Assembly (NCBI GenBank): GCA_020137815.1
Contig: CM035360.1
Span: 2,666,001 to 2,730,000 of the forward strand
Length of the DNA stretch: 64,000 bases
Reading direction: 5' to 3'
From: Hormiphora californensis
Taxonomy: Eukaryota; Animalia; Ctenophora
Shown: piece by piece, positions 11,440 to 27,618 of the stretch
How positions within the stretch are numbered: position 1 is the first letter of the stretch
Layout of the letters: each line of letters starts with the position of its first letter
The notes under the pieces: generated by a model
Databases searched by the model: none
What the model saw: only the letters and a program-made list of their open reading frames with translations
Told to the model about the DNA's origin: nothing
Position numbers and translations under genes: made by a program

Positions 11440-12366
11440 ATGACAAGTTACAATGGCACCCTGTACGCCCTCTATGGCACTCTCTTTACCTGGGGTCTAA
11501 CTGCAGCAGGAGCAGCGGGGGTGTTCCTTGTCCCAAACCTCTCCCAGTCCATGTTGAACCTATCTCTCGGGTTCTCAGGAGGTGTCATGTTGGCAGCGAG
11601 TTTCTGGTCCCTGCTCCAGCCAGCGCTGGATGCCGCCGGGGAGCAAGGTTGGGGTGCTGCTAGTTGTGTGCCCGTCACACTGGGGTTGTTGGCGGGGGCT
11701 GGGTTTGTCTTGGCGGCTGATTTGTTGATGCCGGATGATTTAGTTGAGAAATTAACTGGAAAAAAGGGGGATGTGATCGACAAAAAGAGTGGCAGTAAAG
11801 ATGTTTCTTATACGGTGTCAAGTGCAGAGGGTTTGAGAAATAGGAAGCCTCAGTTCCCCTCAGCTACAACAGAACCCACCATTCCATCTCCCGAGGAGGA
11901 ATCATCCCACAATATGTCCCGGTTGCGTCGACTAATTTTACTTGTGATAGCTATCACCGTCCACAACCTACCTGAGGGTCTGGCCGTTGGGGTTGGATAC
12001 GCTTCAGTGGGTCGACCCGGTGTCTCCCTCCAGCAGGCTCACAACCTCGCCATAGCCATTGGACTTCAGAACTTTCCAGAGGGCCTGGCAGTGAGTGTGC
12101 CCCTCCGAGCAGCTGGGTTCTCGCCCCTTCACTCCTTCCTATGGGGCCAGGCCAGCGGGATGGTTGAACCACTGGCGGGCATCCTAGGTGCGGTGTGTGT
12201 TAGTGTTGTAGAGAGGACACTACCACTAGCACTCTCCTTTGCGGCCGGGGCCATGATCTGGGTGGTGTGTAATGACATTATACCTGAGTCCAGGGGCAGG
12301 ATGTGCAGCTTGGGACTCATGGTCGGGTTCGTTTTGATGATGTGCCTGGATACATCCCTGGGGTAG
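11440..12366 (+). CDS. SLC39A11: ZIP-family (GufA-type) zinc transporter, single coding exon
   Basis: GTLFTWGLTAAGAA, GFSGGVMLAASFWSLL, AITVHNLPEGLAVGVG, GLQNFPEGLAVSVPL and GQASGMVEP motifs. Confidence 0.93.
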   Translation: MTSYNGTLYALYGTLFTWGLTAAGAAGVFLVPNLSQSMLNLSLGFSGGVMLAASFWSLLQPALDAAGEQGWGAASCVPVTLGLLAGAGFVLAADLLMPDDLVEKLTGKKGDVIDKKSGSKDVSYTVSSAEGLRNRKPQFPSATTEPTIPSPEEESSHNMSRLRRLILLVIAITVHNLPEGLAVGVGYASVGRPGVSLQQAHNLAIAIGLQNFPEGLAVSVPLRAAGFSPLHSFLWGQASGMVEPLAGILGAVCVSVVERTLPLALSFAAGAMIWVVCNDIIPESRGRMCSLGLMVGFVLMMCLDTSLG

Positions 12367-12566
12367 AGCTTTATTGGTTGCTATAGGGTTGTTGCTATGG
12401 TGAGGTGCATGTATTTCTGAAAGTAATTCTTTTTTGTAATTGTCTTGATCTTAGTTAAACCATCTAACTTATATTACTGCGGCTGCGGTTTTTAATAATT
12501 TCGTTTTCTACATAATCACAACAGCTACTATATTATTAATTCGCACTGTCAGAGAGATAATGGAAT

Positions 12567-16787
<4,221 letters not shown>

Positions 16788-16960
16788 TTTATTGTGTTTT
16801 TTACTATTTTATCCTGATGTTACCATACATTATTAGTTTGTTTTAGTTAAAAAACAGAACCCTGTTTGGTTATAAACCTCAAGGTCAAAACCCCATAACC
16901 CCGATTGAATAAACCCCGATTTGATTGCTAATCCTGCTAACAAAACAATCATCTCATAGC

Positions 16961-17875
16961 ATGGAAGAGTTTGCATCATTTCCTATTGGCCCGCCAGTCA
17001 TTGCGGTCTCACTGGGTGTCCTAACTATCCTAGGATTCTACTCCCCCGACCTAACGTCCTCGCTCACTGTCCTGGCTGCAAAGTCTGCTACACGGTAAAA
17101 CCGGGAACTCCCTTTTTTAATTAGTGACAGTGTGTGTTATATTGATAAGGTTCTAGAATCTAACCGGGAACTAATCAGTCGTTTGTCCTAAATAGTTGTC
17201 TAGCTCCGTGGGTGTTACATAAAATGTCAATTCGCCTTAAGATGTTCAGTGTATGCGATGGTTAACAATACAAATAACAGCCGTCTACCTCCCACCTCCA
17301 GGTACGCGGTAAGATGTGCACTGATAATCTACGTCCCCTTACTCCTACTCCTTCTCCTCACCTCCCTTCTACACACCAAAACGCCAACACTCCCCTCCTT
17401 CTCCCTCAAAATCCTCAGAACGCTAACAGCGGTAGCTGAGCTTCTATCACTCAGTGTCTACGCAGTGGTAACCCCATTAGAAAACAAAACATTGAACATC
17501 CGTGCACAGCACACCTTCAAAATGTCATCCTGGTCCTGTCTGGTCCTCACTATAGCCCTAACAAGGATGTGTAGTGTGGGGACAGGGAGACGGACATTGA
17601 GTTTGGTCGTCAAGGCAACTACTCTGTTGCTAATGACATGGGTTAACATGACCCTGTGTGTGGGTGAGTGGAAAGCGGTGGATGGAGAGTGTAGCGGGGT
17701 TAGTGTCCTGCTACTGCCTCTTGTTATCATAGCCCATGCTTCAGAGTGGTTTGAGGTTGCTGGGAGGAGGGTTGTGGTTAGGTACCGGAGTCTCAAGGAG
17801 TTTGAGAGGAATGTTCTAGAGGCAAGGAGGGTGAGAATTAAGGAGAAACCGGATATGGAAACCCTCAACTTTTGA
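16961..17875 (+). CDS. Orphan multi-pass membrane protein, 2 exons (16961-17094, 17302-17875)
   Basis: ATG exon spliced in frame through a GT-AG intron; several hydrophobic segments. Confidence 0.6.
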
Positions 17876-18574
17876 TGTTTACCTCCAACATATTATTGTG
17901 TCGTTCTAATTTACTGAGTATATTATAATGTATTGTTTTTGTAAATCGGTAGAAATCATTATTTTATTGCTGCTTTTGCGTGCTTTGAAAATGAAGCTAA
18001 CTAAATGATAAGTTTACAAAACCTTGTTAAACCCTCTCACCCCGGTCCCTCTCCACCCTCTCACCCCACCCTCTCACCTCTCACCCCCTCGGCCCTCTCC
18101 CCATCCGCTCACCCCTCCCACTGCGGGGGGAGTCAGGTGACAGGATTTTCTGACTCCCTGTGGCAGCCTAGGGCCTAATCTCATGGGGGGTGGGTGCTGC
18201 GGGTCCTTCGCAGGAAGGACCCGGGGAGGTAGGTCTCTCTGGGGAAAGGCCAGGGATAGGTCCCGTAGCCGCGATCCTGGGGCCTGATGGATCAATAAAG
18301 TGCGGTCAACTGTAACAAATGGTATTAACACAAATTGAGGGAATCCTGCCCTACGACCAACACGATAACACTTAGTAAATATATACCAACATTACTCAAG
18401 TGCCAATAAAGCTTTTGTGCAAGGGCTCCTGTTGCTCCAATAACAGGCACCGGCGGGCCAGAATCTGGCCGGGTGAACTTTCTTGAAAAACCGAGTAGGG
18501 GCCAGGAGCCCCTGGGGAACCTCTGCCAAAATTTCTAATCTCGGCACAGGATAAGTATATCTGAATTGCACTGT

Positions 18575-18655
18575 ACCTAACAGCTCCGTGGTCTAATGGC
18601 CACAATCTGGGCTAAGAAGCATAAGATGCCAGGTTCAAATCCCGGTCAGGCGACT
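18575..18655 (+). mobile_element. Diverged tRNA-derived sequence (SINE-head-like)
   Basis: A-box-like TGGTCTAATGG and B-box GGTTCAAATCC at tRNA-like spacing. Confidence 0.45.
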
Positions 18656-18799
18656 TTATAGATATCTTTTTTCACTTTTGCTTGATATTGAAACATTTAA
18701 ATTTCCGATAGTATCGGCGATACACGATACAACAAAACAAATATGACAAATACCAGAAACTGGATCCTGGCAAACTAACAGCACCCGAAAACACCATAA

Positions 18800-20912
18800 A
18801 TCAAGCAGAGCTACTGGCAATACAATTGGTAATAAAGAAACTGCTAGAAATGGGAATAAAGGAGTCACACCTAGCGATCCACACCGACTCTAGCACTACA
18901 CTATCCCAGTCACAAACCAGGCGAGGTATCTAGGAATAACCCTGGACAAAAACTCAAACTACAAAGCCCACGTCCAAAATAAAACAGAAACAGTTAAACG
19001 ATCTGCGAGACCACTGAGACACCTCATGACAACAAAATGGGGAATATGCATTATGCACAGCCCAAGGCAGATACGTTCACGACAATATACTTATGAAGAC
19101 CCTGACATACGGGGCAGGCATATGGGGACAGAAAGTGCTGAAAAACCAAACACTCAAGATGAAGCTGGAAGCAGCACAGAACCCTATCACTCGAAGGATC
19201 ACCTGAAGGCTGAGGGAAACTGGTGGACAGACCCCCTCCGCGAGCTCATCTAACGCACTCGAAAGCTATGAAATTACTCTTAACAAGCCTAAAAATTCCT
19301 AATGCCATCGACCAGACAAAACACACCGATATAACCTTTGAACAAAACTCCCAACTGAGCAAGAACAAAGTAATAAACGCGTACACAGATGGGTCAAGAA
19401 TTAAGATACACTCAACACACATGACAGGGGCAGGAGCCATAATCTACATGGATAACCAGGAAATCATCCTTCAAGAGCCCCTTGCACCCGAAAACACCAT
19501 AAACCAAGCAGAGCTACTGGCAATACATATGGTAATAAAGAAACTACTAGAAATGGAAACAAAGGAGTCACACCTAGTGATCCACACCGACTCTAGCACT
19601 ACACTGAGAAGACTAACAAGAAATTTCTCAAACTCAAAACAACTAACCGAAACTCTACGAAGTATACACGAACTGCAAAGAGATAATGGCGTAGAAATAG
19701 TAAAGGTGAAGGCCCATGCAAACATAGAAGGTAATGAGAGGGCAGATCAAATAGCAAAACAAGCGACTGCAAACAGCAAAAACACCCAGAATGCACTGGG
19801 ACAAACAAAGAGTCAAATAACGACAAAGCTGAAACAACAACACAAGACAGGGATAATCGCCGAACTAAAGACAAAAAATTACTCTGAGTTTACCACAACG
19901 ATTATCGGGAAGATTATTAAAGAAAACACAAAACTAACAATCAAAAACAAGGAAACAATGAGAAGTCTGACACTGGCCATATCGGGCCAGAACAACCTGG
20001 GAAGCGCCCTCTCCCACAGAGACCCTTCCATAAATCCCAACTGTGAGTTATGTGGGGAAAGAGAAAACTCCAAACACAAACTACTAAACTGTCCTGACCT
20101 TGACCACCTCAGATACACCCAAGAGTATCAAAACATCAAAGAAAACATATACAATGAAGACGAGCCACTAGAACTAAGGAAACTCACCAATGTAGTCACC
20201 AAATCCGGTCTATTCAAATAAAACATAACGCTACCACCAAAACTGATTCTATACCAACGGTAGTTTAAAAGTGCACACTGGCAAAGTCCCTGATCTCATC
20301 AGGTAGAGTCTGTTGAAACCATCACGGCAGAAGCAAATCCGCAACTAGCAAAAGCGCAATACAAACCAAGTCACTAGCCTTTGGACTGGCCCCCCACAGC
20401 TAGATCGGCAAAACAAAAAAGAACAGCGCCACCTGGGTCGACTCGATCATAGCTGCTATGACGACTCGATGGACCGAACCCTACCACTGTACCCCGATCA
20501 GAGGTACATGCCTGGAAACAGGCAGGTGGTAGTGCACAAATGGTGCCTCATCATGGTGAAGATGAACGTGCACTATCGTTCGGCGATTTAACCTATTCTG
20601 GGGAAACCCAGTACCGTAAGACTGGTACAGTAGTACTAGTGCGCCTGCTGTTGGTGGTGACCTTCATGCTCTTTATCGAAACAGTTCTCGTCTGTCGACT
20701 CGTGTCTTCCAATGGAAGGGTACTACTAGGGGGTACCGGGGAAACCCGGCGCTACCTTGGTGGGACCTGACCGGGAGATCGAGCACGGCGCTCTGGGCAG
20801 CCATGTGTGTTGGTGACCTGAGGAGAGAATTGTGAAATCAAGGGAACGCTGCTCCCCAACGACAGCAAGTGGGTGGAAGTACGGGAGGTACACGACACAC
20901 ACACACACACAC
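18800..20912 (+). mobile_element. 3' fragment of an RNase H-encoding non-LTR retrotransposon with C-terminal CCHC knuckle and long 3' region ending in (CA)n
   Basis: RYLGITLD RT remnant near 18925; YTDGS, AELLAI, HTDS, KAHANIEGNERADQIAK; CELCGERENSKHKLLNC. 18802-18903 duplicates 19502-19603. Confidence 0.8.
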
Positions 20913-21003
20913 ACCCTCTCCATCCTCTCACCCGTCTCCACCCTCTCCACCCGGCCTCTCTCCACCCTCTCTAACCTCTCCATCCTCTTTGTAGGATCGA
21001 ACT

Positions 21004-21691
21004 ATGACAAGTAGGTTGATATACTTTGGTACCGTAATAACCCGGACTGAAGCCCTCTCTAAAGCGGGCCTCAAAACACCACCTGTCTGGCTAGAAGTGT
21101 GCAAAAGATTTCCGCCACTGACTGAGCCTGTGAACCCCGTTCTGCCGTCCTGGGAGAATATTGAACAAACTAAAACACACAGAGTTGGACCTTTTGTTAG
21201 ACTGGATGGGCATAGGTGGGTAAACAAAATTAGGAAAATGACAGAATAGATTAGGGCCCTGATTTACCGGACAAAACCGTTTCCCCCTAAGATCCCGGTA
21301 AATTGTGGTCCGAAGCTGCACATAAATAATGACCCCATCTAAACAATAAAAACCTCTCCCCGGCAGGTTCGACCCGAAGAAGCCGACTGAACTGCCTCCT
21401 GACCACATGACCAACCACCCAGACCAACCACCCACTGTATACTTCTCGGCTGACGAGAAAAGAAAGGAAGCCGCTGCTGACGAGACTAATTTCCACAAGG
21501 GTCATTATGTGGTGGATCTGAGTGAAAAGAAGCGGTTAAGAAGGAGTTATCGTGATAGTTTCAAAATGAAAAATGTACCGCTAGATGACTTGGTGGATAA
21601 GTTTAAGTTAGAAGTAAATTGGCCTGAAGTCACACACGCTGATGTTATGCGACAGATTACCAAAAGTGAAGAAGCTGAACCACCAGAGTAA
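21004..21691 (+). CDS. MRPS23: Mitochondrial ribosomal protein S23, 2 exons (21004-21215, 21367-21691)
   Basis: N-terminus SRLIYFGTVITRTEALSKAG..PVWLEVCKRFPPLTEP resembles the MRPS23 signature; in-frame GT-AG intron; divergent C-terminus. Confidence 0.7.
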
Positions 21692-24600
21692 CTGGCTCTC
21701 TAAAACGTTTCGCACCCTACAAACATGAAAGTTCAGTACCTAGCAGCTCAGCATTGTCACGTGACTAAAACTAGCCCTAATCATTGGCTGAGTGGTGATT
21801 GTGCGCCCCTCTTGATTGGGTGTTGTATTACCACGTGTACATCCCCGTGATCTGTTTTTAACCAATCGCTGACCTTACACATTCGCACCTACACCCATCG
21901 TTCAGACTTGCTAGCCGGTCTGATTCTAGAGAAGTAGCAGAAAAAGTGTCTTGCTAGTTGTCACGGTGGTTCAGCTCCTCCGTTTTTGGTAATCTCTAGT
22001 CATGGGAAAACTTGAGTCTTGAGATAGAGTGTGGTTGTTGTAGTATTGCTATTTATGAATACTGTTTTTTAATACCCAGTAATCCCGCCTTTAGCTTTGT
22101 TTCGTTTGGTTTACTGGTGAGTAGTGTTACTATTCGCCGTCCCACCAGTCGGCACAATTCTCCTGCCACATGTGTGTACGGCGCGGTGACTGGACTGTGG
22201 TTGGTGTCGCGCAGCACGCGCGTTGCTCTACACGCAAAGAGCGAGTCCGTGCCGGCGGTGAATTGTTGGGTTCGGAGACTGAACGGTTCAGTCAACTTGG
22301 TCCCAAGTCCCAACTTGAAAAGCGCTGCCTTATCCCGCGCTGCGCGTGGCGCAGAACAGGGATAAGGAGGGAACACCGCGCATGTACAGGATCCTGTCCC
22401 AAGTCATTTTGACCATGTTCCGGAGGTCGTACAATCACCAAATTTTGGGAATTGGTAGCATTTGACATGAATTTGATGACTCTCTTTTCAATTTTGGAAA
22501 TCGATCACTTTTGCACGCGCAAATGTAGAGCCGCGCACACTATTTAATATTGCTAACGCGCATGTGTTAAAGTGAGCCGCGCACCAATTTCAAATGATTC
22601 TGGGAAAACTATCATCCGATTTCCACAGGTTCGACCCAAATCCAATATGGCCGACTCTCAGTTAGCGAAAACCCAAAGAAAATTGTTATGAGTTGATTTG
22701 AATAGAGTACTTACTTCCTTCCGTGTTATGTACTTCATGAGGGCAAAGACCTATAAATTGCCTTACCTAAAAAGGATATGCTCCAATCCGTTAATATTTA
22801 GCTTAATCAAGTTCTACGGTGAGTTTTAGCCTTTAGGACAGATGCACCAACCGGGAGGTCATGCTACGCCAAGAAAGTGTGTCAGGGTTGTCACTGAGTC
22901 ACTTTTCCGGCAGTATATTTCGTCTCTTGCGGTGGGACGTCTTTAGGAGATGTCCCCAGAGGTGCAACTGCAAGGGATGTCGTGACGGTTCACGGTTCCA
23001 CTGCTACATAAGAATGTCCATCTGATGGATCGAAGTGAATTGGATAGTTACAAGTTAAACCGTTTATTGATTAAAATGACCACTGAGATAGACCTCCGGC
23101 TATCGCGATGAGTCCAAAGTCTCTATTGTTTTTAAAAACCCTTCTCCCCCAGGAATCAGATAGAACGGCTGAAAATGTGACACTGTAAATTGATGGTGTA
23201 TTCATCAATTTAAAAGGAACTCCCGGTGATGCATCATTGATCATGTAGATACTATTACTGATTACTGAAATAAATGAAGAATAAGCCCTGGGGAAATCTC
23301 TCTATCTGAACCATCTCCATTCCGTATCAATCTGCCTCTTTTCGCTAAAGTAAGTGAAATTCCAAAACATCCTCCCCTCTTGCCATACAACCTCCCGGCT
23401 CCCCACCCTCATAATCTACCCACACAAACAAGAGAAAGAGAGGGACGGTCTTTCCTCCTTCATTATACCCCTCTCTATCTCTACTCCTCTTCAACCTCCC
23501 CTTGATCCTCTCCTCCATAACTTGTCCGTATCTACTATCCCCATTCATCTTCCTCTCCTTCATCTTCCTCGGAGTCTAAAGTGCAGACTCCCCCGAGTAA
23601 AGTGTAGTATCAATTTAGTCTCTCATTTGTACTAACCCTTCTTTACCTCTCCCAGGATTCCGATAGAACGGCTGAAAGTTTGATACTCTGGATTGGTGGT
23701 GCATTTATCAATCTAAAATTAACTTCCAGTGACTCGAATTCATCATGTGGATACTATTACTGATTACTGAAGTGAAGAAAAGCCCTGGGGCACTCTCGGT
23801 TATGCATATATGGCCTTTTCTCTCTAAACCATCTCCGCTCCATATCCATCTGCTTCTTTTCGCAGTAAGTCAGCCTCCCTTATTCCAAACAGTTTTCCCC
23901 TTCTACCATACAACCCCCGCTCCACCACACCCACATAATCTACCCATACTGTATACCAGCCCCTCCGTCACATCCTTCTACATTCATTTCCCCTTGGCCT
24001 GCTATTCCTCCCCTCAAATCCCCTCCATCTCCCCCTTTTTCCTTCTCTCCTTCTTCCTCTACTCATTCATTCCCCCTTCATATCCCCCTTCCATCCGTTT
24101 CTTCATTTCCCCATTTTATCCTACCCCTTTATCCCCTCGTCGACCTTCGCCCTCCTTCGTCCACCCTTTCTAGATGGTAGATACCCATTCATCCTCCATC
24201 TCCTCCTTCATTCCCCCTTTATCCTCTCCTCCATTTCCCCCTTCGTTCTCCTCTCCTACTTCCTCTATTCTCATTCCACCACTTCATCCTTCCCATCGAT
24301 CTCCCCATTCATCTATATCTCCTCCTTCACCCCCCCCTTTATCCTCCCCCGAACTAATCTTTCATTTTCTCCACTCTTTCTCTCCCCAGCTCCCCTCCAT
24401 CATTCTCCTCTTTTTGGTTACGAAGAGCTTTTGCGGAGGGGTTAGGGGTAATTTCATCCTTTCATATTACTGAAGCCCTGGGGACCATCTGAAGTTCAGA
24501 TTCTGAACCTTGTGTAGCTCAGACTGGATTTCATCTGCGATGGTTACGAAATAACCCCTTTAAAGTTTAAAGGGGTTATTTCGTAACCAAACTCACAGTG

Positions 24601-25410
24601 TGGTGTATGCACAATGATCCACGGTCCACCCCTTCATTTGGCCACATTGATACCTGAGTGAGATCGACGTAGCGCACGACTGAGATCGATCTCAGGAGCG
24701 AGAATAGGTTGCAATGGAGCCAACCCCTTCATCTAACCCCACCCTCATCTACCTCTCTTTCTTCATTTGTTCCCTTCATTCTCCTTCGCCATTTCCTCCT
24801 TCTATTCATTCCTCCGGTCCTGCTTCATGCCCGTCCTGTACTCATCCATCTCCCCCTCCATCTCCCGCTTCAATCTTCATCACCCCTTTATCGTCCTCTG
24901 CCCCTTCATTCCCTACCCCTTCATCCTCTGCCCCTTCAATCTTCATCCCCTTCTCCATCTTCCTCTCTTCTGTCGGTTACAAAGAAGTAAGAGTGGCTAC
25001 GAGACATGTTCTTGCGGCGAGTACTAGCAGATAAATTTCCACTGCGAGAGTGCAAGGTCCCTGCTAAGTTGGTGGCGCCGTCACCTCTCTAGAGACTTAC
25101 AACTCAGCCCACTTTACGGGCTTCGTTTTGGCACGCTACGCAAGCGAGTTGTAAGGGTGACTGCGTCACCAACCTGCTAAGAAGAAGGCGAAGAAGAGGT
25201 AGTGTTGTGTTCGTTTCCTTGGGGTTAGTTACTTAGTTTGGTAGCCCGCATTATGGTACATGTTCACAATTTTCATTTACATTTATCTCTTTAATCTTCC
25301 CATTCATCTTATTCAATCCTCTCCTTCTTCATTTCCTCATTACATCCTTTAAATCTAGTCATAATCTAAGACATCTCCCGAACCTTGTCCTGTCCTATCT
25401 CCAAAGTATC

Positions 25411-25830
25411 AAACCTCACCCTGTCATCTCTTCCAAACCTCACCCTGTTTTCTCTCCCAAACCTCACCATGTCTTCTCTCCCAAACCTCACCCTGTCTTC
25501 TCTCCCAAACGTCATCCTTTTTCTCTCCCAAACATCACTACGTCTTCTCTCCCAAACCTCACCATGTCTTCTCTCAAAAACCTCACCCTATTGAATCTCT
25601 TCCAAACCTCACCCTGTCTTCTCTCTCAAACCTCACCATGTCTTCTCTCCCAAACCTCACCCTGTCTTCTCTCCCAAACGTCACCCTGTCTTCTCTCCCA
25701 AACGCCACCCTGTCATCTCTCCCAAACGTCACCATGTCTTCTCTCCCAAACGTCACAACGTCTTCTCTCCCAAACCTCACCCTGTCTTCTCTCCCGAACC
25801 CCACCCAGCACCCTGTCTTATCTCCCAAAC
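25411..25830. repeat. 24-bp minisatellite (CCAAACCTCACCCTGTCTTCTCTC)
   Basis: About 17 visible units. Confidence 0.85.
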
Positions 25831-27484
25831 CTCGCCCCATATTCTCTGCCGAGTGTTCTGTTTGTCACTGTAATCTGGATACCACAGTAGCTAGGGTATT
25901 TTGTGATCTCATCTCTCTCCACCTCTCAGGTCCCTGGTCCCAGTTTAATGATTGGTTACGATCCGAACCTGGGACAGATTGCAGTTAAATGCCGCATTCG
26001 TTTCGGTATACATCGGGTTGTCGTCAAATAAATAGATGAACAATAGTGTTGATACTGCTGATATGATAGACTATCTTTGGTGATATTTGTGATATCCCGG
26101 TGATATTTTATAAATCTCTGTGGGCTAAAGAAAGGAGTAGGGGTTGATTATGCCACTTCCCAATTGCTGGCAGTCAGGATAAAATATTATTTACAAATTA
26201 CATCTCATGTGTTATTTTGTTGCTTTGTTGTATTGACCACTAAAAAAATTTGTATCAATTTATTTCCGGCATGGTGGGGGATTCAAACCGCCCCTCGTCT
26301 TTGATTCAAGGCCTAAGATACAAGGTTTAGGGATCCCTCGCCTAAATATGTAATTGTCACAAAATGGGACTCTGTCTCAGTTCACGAACATGCTTTGTGT
26401 AGCGCGCGGGATAGGTCTAACGGTGAAATGAATCCTGCGCGCGCCGTCAGTAATGGGCTCTGGAAAGGGGTTTTCGGCAAGGGTGCGCGGGATAGACTAC
26501 TGGCCCCTATCGGGGGCCAGCAACGTTTGCCAAAGTCCCAACTGAATGTTAGCTGAAGTCAAACAGCTGACATTCTTGGCTGAAACTCAAGTGGCTAGTT
26601 AGCCACTTGGAGTTATATCCAAGACTCGGAGTCCTAATCCGAAATGGCCAGCTGTTTTCAAAACAGTTTTGATTCCAGTTCAAATGTAAAAGCAGTGATT
26701 TAACGGTTACATTAAGGTAAAACTAAAAATACAAATATACGCAGTAAATATGTTCCCAGTCTGTCGGCTCTCACACCGGGCTTTCGCTTCGGCCGATGCT
26801 CTCTTCTCGGAACATGCAGCTCTAACGAACGACAGACTGCATAGCATGGCAATAAAATATCATCAATCATCATCAGATATCATCATGATCACATGGACAC
26901 TCACTAACTAGCCCGGAAACGTATTTTTGCACCTCTCTATCATTGCAGGGTATCGGCCAAACAAAAACCATCACTTTTCATCACTTTAGGGATGTTTATT
27001 CCTGAATGAGTGGAATGAACTACCAACACTTAAAAATGAACTTTGAGTTTTGACCTTGATTTTTCTTGTGAGGAAAGATCTTTGCTTATCCGATGTTCTC
27101 CCACATTTTTAAAAAGATTGAACAAAAGGTAGCCGTGATACAGCCGATTGAAAGTCGCAGGAAGAGCCAAAATCATGCATGTGCATTTTCTCAACTGCCT
27201 TGTGACCTGGTGCTCCAATTTGATTTTTATGGTGCTCATTGGAAAGATAAATTCAACCCAAACAAAATGCCCAACTCTCGGTAAATTAGAGTCCTTAATT
27301 CATTAATGAACGTGTAGAAAGTTCATGAATGAAAAATGAACTTTTGAATAAAAATTTCATAATTTGCAAAAAGTCGTCCAGGAATTGTTCCAGCATGTTC
27401 CCGTAGTTTGTTTTTGCACAACTATCACCGTTTCGGAGGCACGGCTCGTCCCCCGCTATCATAATTTATGGGCCACCTTGTATA

Positions 27485-27600
27485 TACAGTCGGACCCCGA
27501 AAAAATCCTGCCACTAAATTGGGGTGCCACTAAATCGGGGTCAAATAATGTTAATTTCCTATATCGGGGGAAAAATCCTGCCACTAAATCGGGGTGCCCC
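27485..27600. mobile_element. TA|CAGTCGGACCCCGA-type Tc1/mariner-pogo-like MITE fragment; relatives at 3265-3321, 21250-21318 and 56384-56472
   Basis: Shared CGGACCCCGA and TAAATC(A/G)GGG motifs; the 56384 copy has TIRs and TA flanks. Confidence 0.55.
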
Positions 27601-27618
27601 AACTTTAACCGGTAGGTG

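Noticed and set aside
23745-25034. Pro/Ser-rich ORFs
   Set aside because: CT-rich low-complexity DNA that is open in several frames.
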